Shown: positions 36,521 through 40,238 of the stretch, in pieces
How positions within the stretch are numbered: the first letter of the stretch is position 1
Layout of the letters: the number at the start of each line of letters is the position of its first letter
Assembly (NCBI GenBank): GCA_018649885.1
Contig: JABIHA010000126.1
Span: forward strand, 62,001-102,238
Source of the DNA: Bacteriovoracaceae bacterium
Lineage (GTDB): Bacteria > Bdellovibrionota > Bacteriovoracia > Bacteriovoracales > Bacteriovoracaceae
Direction of reading: 5' to 3'
DNA length: 40,238 nt
Program-made: the position numbers and the translations under genes
The notes under the pieces: model-generated
Database searches by the model: none
The model's input: only the letters and a program-made list of their open reading frames with translations
What the model was told of the DNA's origin: nothing

Positions 36521-37549
36521 CTACCTAGAAAAAGTTGGGAAACTTCCAAGCTCCGTGCTTTTTGGTCTCAAGCTCCAGGACCTTGTTGGGAGATCTTTTA
36601 AAACCATTAGCCATAAAAAGCCAGCACTTGTGAGAATTTGGGTGAAGGCCATAGTCCATGCAGGCAATGTGTGAGTTAGATCTACTAACATTCCGTCCCC
36701 TGGGAACATTCCGAATCCAAATAACATAGGGATTCGGTACCAGTAATAAACCATTACTGCCATGGCCGGAAAGAGACGAAAAGTATATTCACGATTTTTC
36801 TGTCCAAGAATTTCTCTAAAAACAAGAAAAATAAAAAGTGAGACACTCATACCTAAAATAGGAAGAGCATAAGCTTGAAAAATTTCGGTAGTAGTAATGG
36901 CAGCATGGAAATTGGGAACCTGAAACCACCCCCAAACAAATCCCACAAATCCGCCTCTCATGACTAAGTCTGTATACTTTTTAATCCTCGGCGTATTTTG
37001 AATTTGAATAATGCCAGGAGTTGTTGAGTCGGGACATGGTGAAACACAATTCACACAACTTCCGCAGTGATCATTTTTTAATTGGAATACAGATGACTGA
37101 CCATATATTTTTTCTACTTGATGAATTGGACACATTCCGGAACACCATCCACTCTTCCATTCAAATACACTGCCAAGAATTACTCCTGCTAATGTCAGAG
37201 TTAAAATTGAAATAGCAGTGGCTTGACCACTCATATCTAAAATAAGATGTCTTAGTGGAACCATACTGAAAAGAAGTACCAAACCGATTAAATTAAAAAT
37301 CGTTGAAGTTTTTTCACTGATTTTATTTTTTTTAGAATACCCCATATGTCTTGGAAGCAGTGTTGTTGATCCCATGGGACAGATATTTCTCCACAATCCA
37401 GGTGCAATAACTAAAAGAGCAGGGGCCACAGGAATTAATATATTCCAAAAAGCATGGAGACCTAAACTTGGCAAAAATACTAGTAGCGCAAATATAGCGG
37501 CTCCTATAAACCAGACAATTATTTGTAATTTTTTTGAAAATCCTGACAT
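36521..37549 (-). CDS. Polytopic membrane ferredoxin-type protein (NapH/MauN/4Fe-4S-like)
   Basis: WRNICPMG, WCSGMCPI and CGSCVNCVSPCP motifs with multiple TM helices. ATG 37549 has a GAGG RBS (track start is 37588). Confidence 0.8.
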   Translation of the reverse strand: MSGFSKKLQIIVWFIGAAIFALLVFLPSLGLHAFWNILIPVAPALLVIAPGLWRNICPMGSTTLLPRHMGYSKKNKISEKTSTIFNLIGLVLLFSMVPLRHLILDMSGQATAISILTLTLAGVILGSVFEWKSGWCSGMCPIHQVEKIYGQSSVFQLKNDHCGSCVNCVSPCPDSTTPGIIQIQNTPRIKKYTDLVMRGGFVGFVWGWFQVPNFHAAITTTEIFQAYALPILGMSVSLFIFLVFREILGQKNREYTFRLFPAMAVMVYYWYRIPMLFGFGMFPGDGMLVDLTHTLPAWTMAFTQILTSAGFLWLMVLKDLPTRSWSLRPKSTELGSFPTFSR

Positions 37550-37732
37550 TTTAGAAACCTCTTTTAAATTTTTTTCGTGCGCGCTCATTATAGGATAAAT
37601 TAAAAAAAAAAGGCCTTTGAGAGTGGCATATTGAAGATATTACAACTTTGTAATTGGCCAGGTCGTTCATTATCGGCGAAAATATGACGAGGAGCATTCT
37701 TTTCAACTTCTCCCAGATGGTAGGATAGCAAT

Positions 37733-38275
37733 ATGTCTTTTTTTATTTGTGTAAAAGGAAAAGTTTCACCTTACGATTTCGACTATCTCTCGGAGTCGCT
37801 TACTCCTAGAGTAGGCCAAACCCAAATAAAAGGGGCAGGCATAGTCAAAGGAAGTACCCATAAGCCTGAGGGAAAAAGGTACTTTGTCATCGATATAAAA
37901 AGCCCGGATCCTTTGACTCTGAGTCCTGCTAACACCATCAGAGAAGCACTTAAAACTATCGAAGATAAAACCGTTCACCATCTTCCCATAGTCATTGATG
38001 GACTCTTAACGGGAATGATAAGTGATCGCGATTTAATTGATTTTTCTCACGACGAACTCGATAAAGAGATTCGACTGCACAAAGTTATGAGTAAAGTTGT
38101 TTTGGCCTGCGGTGAGAATACTGAAATCAAAAATGCTGCAAAAGTCATGACCTATGAAAATATAAATGCCCTTGCAGTCATTGATTCAGAGATGGCCTTC
38201 GTAGGCCTTGTCACCAGCAACGATATTCTCAAGTGGGTTTTTGAAGAAGAGTTTTTAAAAAAAGCTAAAAGCTAA
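37733..38275 (+). CDS. CBS-domain pair protein
   Basis: HHLPIV...GMISDRDL and NALAVID...GLVTSNDIL. Confidence 0.9.
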   Translation: MSFFICVKGKVSPYDFDYLSESLTPRVGQTQIKGAGIVKGSTHKPEGKRYFVIDIKSPDPLTLSPANTIREALKTIEDKTVHHLPIVIDGLLTGMISDRDLIDFSHDELDKEIRLHKVMSKVVLACGENTEIKNAAKVMTYENINALAVIDSEMAFVGLVTSNDILKWVFEEEFLKKAKS

Positions 38276-38937
38276 AGCTTTTGATGCATCAGATCCATTT
38301 CTTCAGTGGTCATTAACTGTTGTGCCTGACAAAAAAGAATTTTATCTTCTCTATAAATATGAAGCTTTAATAGCTCTATCAATTCCTTGGCATTTTTAAT
38401 TGCACTTGCAAGTATAGTCAGCTTGGAATTCACATCGTCAATCTGAGAGTATAAAACAAAACAGTGGTAAGTAATCGCCGCCAACTGTATCGCTTGAACG
38501 TGCTCACTTTCGAGAACATCTACCCCTGTTACAGGATCATCACCCGAGCCATGCTCACCAAGCTCAACAAGCTTTACTTTCAGAAGTGGAAAAAATTCCC
38601 TTTCTTCTTTTCTATTATGAGGAGTGAACTCACTTTCAAAAAAATTAAAAAAGCTCTCAACACCTTCGATCGCCTCAGGATCGACAACTTTCTTCTTTTG
38701 AAGAACATCGATAGACTCTTCAAAAGTTTTTACAAAACTAGTAAGCTCAATATGCTCTTCCATCATCTCTTTAATAAAAGGGTGCATCATCTCCATATCA
38801 ACTTGCACAGGAAGTGCTGCATCATAGGACTCTGGTGGATCCATAGGTGAGAGATCTTCATCAGCCTGTGTGCCGCATTGAGGTTGAGGTCCCATAGGGT
38901 CTGTTTTTGCCAGTGTTTTATAGTCCAATTTATCCAT
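38272..38937 (-). CDS. Hemerythrin (HHE) domain protein
   Basis: MEEH...HNRKEEREFFP and ESEH...HIYREDKILF. Confidence 0.87.
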   Translation of the reverse strand: MDKLDYKTLAKTDPMGPQPQCGTQADEDLSPMDPPESYDAALPVQVDMEMMHPFIKEMMEEHIELTSFVKTFEESIDVLQKKKVVDPEAIEGVESFFNFFESEFTPHNRKEEREFFPLLKVKLVELGEHGSGDDPVTGVDVLESEHVQAIQLAAITYHCFVLYSQIDDVNSKLTILASAIKNAKELIELLKLHIYREDKILFCQAQQLMTTEEMDLMHQKL

Positions 38938-38989
38938 ATTTAATTCCTGATGTAGTTTTCTTTAAGGGAGCTTAACACAGTCTTGTTAG

Positions 38990-39988
38990 CTAATAAATAG
39001 TTTGTGAATAGGGGCCAATGACTTCAATTTTATTGGTCATAATGCCATCTAAGTTTAATTTTCTCATTTTATTGTATTCTCTAATGGAGTCCACTTGTGA
39101 GGCGTATACTTTGGTGCCGTGTTTATGGGCAAGTTCAATAAATCGATGGGGCCACCCCCACAATACCATTTTAAATTTAAATAAACGGCCTGGCCTTCCT
39201 AAAAATCTCTCGAGGGTCTCTCTGATCGGAATCATCATCTCTATACCATGACACTCTTTGGGAAAAACTCCCTTCCACCCCACTTTTAAATAAGTGAAGA
39301 TGCACTTTTTATTGGCCTGTGAAATCTCATCCAGGACTCCCAGTTTCTTTAATTCAACCTCAAGGCCATATCTATGAGGAAAATGAATACGCTTTCTAAG
39401 ATCTAGTGGATATTTTGAGACAAGTGAGACAAAGGCCTTGGCCGTTCGAAGTTTATTTCCCTTCACATTGACCAGCAGTGATTTTTTCGGATACTTCTGA
39501 AGCAGATCGAGTACTTCTTTGAAAGAGGGCATCATCCCCCAGTACTTTCCTCTAAAGGGAAAACTCTTACTTTGATCAAATGTATAGCCGTGACCAATAT
39601 CCAGACTTTGTAGAAAGCTTAAGCTTTGCTTATTGGTTTCACACTCATTTTTGCTATTGCAATTGCAACCACTGGAACAACTTACATTGGTCCTACAATT
39701 TAGCGTCCAGTCATGAAAAACTACAAGGTTTTCAGGACCGTGAGATTCCGTAGTGGGATGAACATCTAGCTCCACGATATCAGCAAACTGGTTAAAAGCG
39801 GCTTCAATCGAAACCAGGGTATTTTCCAAGTACTGGTGCTTTGGTTTATCAATCCTACTAGCAGTACAGGTTTCATTGTTTAAACCATTTCTATTGTAAG
39901 TTTGATGGATACCTCTGTGAGCAATAAGCTCAGCTCCCAGGTTAAGGGATAGTAAGGAAAGAGTGATGGCCAAGATAAGATTTTTCAT
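38990..39988 (-). CDS. Secreted glycerophosphodiester phosphodiesterase (GDPD)
   Basis: IAHRG, ENTL, VELDVH, VFHD and DGIMTN motifs. The signal peptide begins at MKNLIL (39988). Confidence 0.9.
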   Translation of the reverse strand: MKNLILAITLSLLSLNLGAELIAHRGIHQTYNRNGLNNETCTASRIDKPKHQYLENTLVSIEAAFNQFADIVELDVHPTTESHGPENLVVFHDWTLNCRTNVSCSSGCNCNSKNECETNKQSLSFLQSLDIGHGYTFDQSKSFPFRGKYWGMMPSFKEVLDLLQKYPKKSLLVNVKGNKLRTAKAFVSLVSKYPLDLRKRIHFPHRYGLEVELKKLGVLDEISQANKKCIFTYLKVGWKGVFPKECHGIEMMIPIRETLERFLGRPGRLFKFKMVLWGWPHRFIELAHKHGTKVYASQVDSIREYNKMRKLNLDGIMTNKIEVIGPYSQTIY

Positions 39989-40099
39989 TGTGAAAGAGTA
40001 TTCAAACTTTAAAAGAATGTCTCTAGCTGAGTCTAAATAAAATATATTGTAAGTGTCTGTATTTTTTACGTATACGTCCAAATAATCGACAATATCGCC

Positions 40100-40238
40100 G
40101 TAACTGCCCAATATACTGTTTTTAAAGAGATCGTATAGTTTGGGCAAGAAAAGGAAGTTCTCCGCGGGTCGAAGTTCGGTCATCTAGGTATTTCCAAAAA
40201 CTCACACCAAGCTTTCTGCAAGTTGAGATTATTGATAA
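40100..40238 (-). mobile_element. Downstream end of an IS66-family insertion sequence
   Basis: The transposase tail is followed 22 nt later by a terminus reading GTAACTGCCCAATA on the + strand; IS66 TIRs begin with GTAA. Confidence 0.68.
40122..40238 (-). CDS. C-terminal fragment of an IS66-family-like transposase (runs off the window)
   Basis: The frame reads LSIISTCRKLGVSFWKYLDDRTSTRGELPFLAQTIRSL*, matching the S...TC+..G+....YL C-terminal pattern of IS66 transposases. Confidence 0.75.
   Translation of the reverse strand, partial: LSIISTCRKLGVSFWKYLDDRTSTRGELPFLAQTIRSL

Noticed and set aside
37602..37611. A10 homopolymer as a phase-variable promoter tract
   Set aside because: No convincing -35 element flanks it, and such tracts are common in AT-rich intergenic DNA.
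752..39251. Numerous 60-130-aa ORFs antisense to or nested within the called genes (e.g. 1348-1620, 7408-7704, 13679-14023, 22539-22931, 38464-38850)
   Set aside because: These are shadow ORFs of well-supported genes, with no motifs or RBS.
39989..40183. 65-aa N-terminal extension of the GDPD ORF in the track
   Set aside because: It precedes a clear signal peptide and crosses the IS end, so it is a chance open frame.

Overview
This is an AT-rich bacterial chromosomal segment with about 38 genes, mostly housekeeping and secreted or hypothetical proteins. The many orphan signal-peptide proteins and the gene repertoire suggest a Bdellovibrionota/Bacteriovoracia-like organism, which is an inference I could not test. 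Recognisable genes are an M17 leucyl aminopeptidase, TrmH/SpoU methylase, CarD-like protein, aldehyde dehydrogenase, DsbD, a TauE exporter, phospholipase D, an EEP hydrolase, a GLUG lipoprotein, a complete PTS (ptsI, ptsH, ptsG EIICBA), gpsA, a long-form phenylalanine hydroxylase, PTPS plus SDR, plsC, lepB, an HD protein, a DEDDh exonuclease, phoA, a hemerythrin and a GDPD. The window ends in an IS66-like element end. Several signals are missed by the ORF track. (1) Two conserved enzymes appear to start at non-AUG codons behind a shared ACAGGAG RBS: gpsA at ATA and the aminopeptidase at ATC. (2) An unannotated 33-aa hydrophobic peptide gene sits behind a sigma-54-type promoter and a leader with GGA-loop hairpins. 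(3) There is a 32-bp near-perfect inverted repeat. (4) A candidate PTPS-III plus SDR pterin module lies next to phhA. (5) ptsG looks like a mosaic. (6) There are several pseudoenzymes and a frameshifted kinase-like gene. I saw no rRNA, tRNA or CRISPR array. All family assignments come from motif recognition by eye, not database searches.
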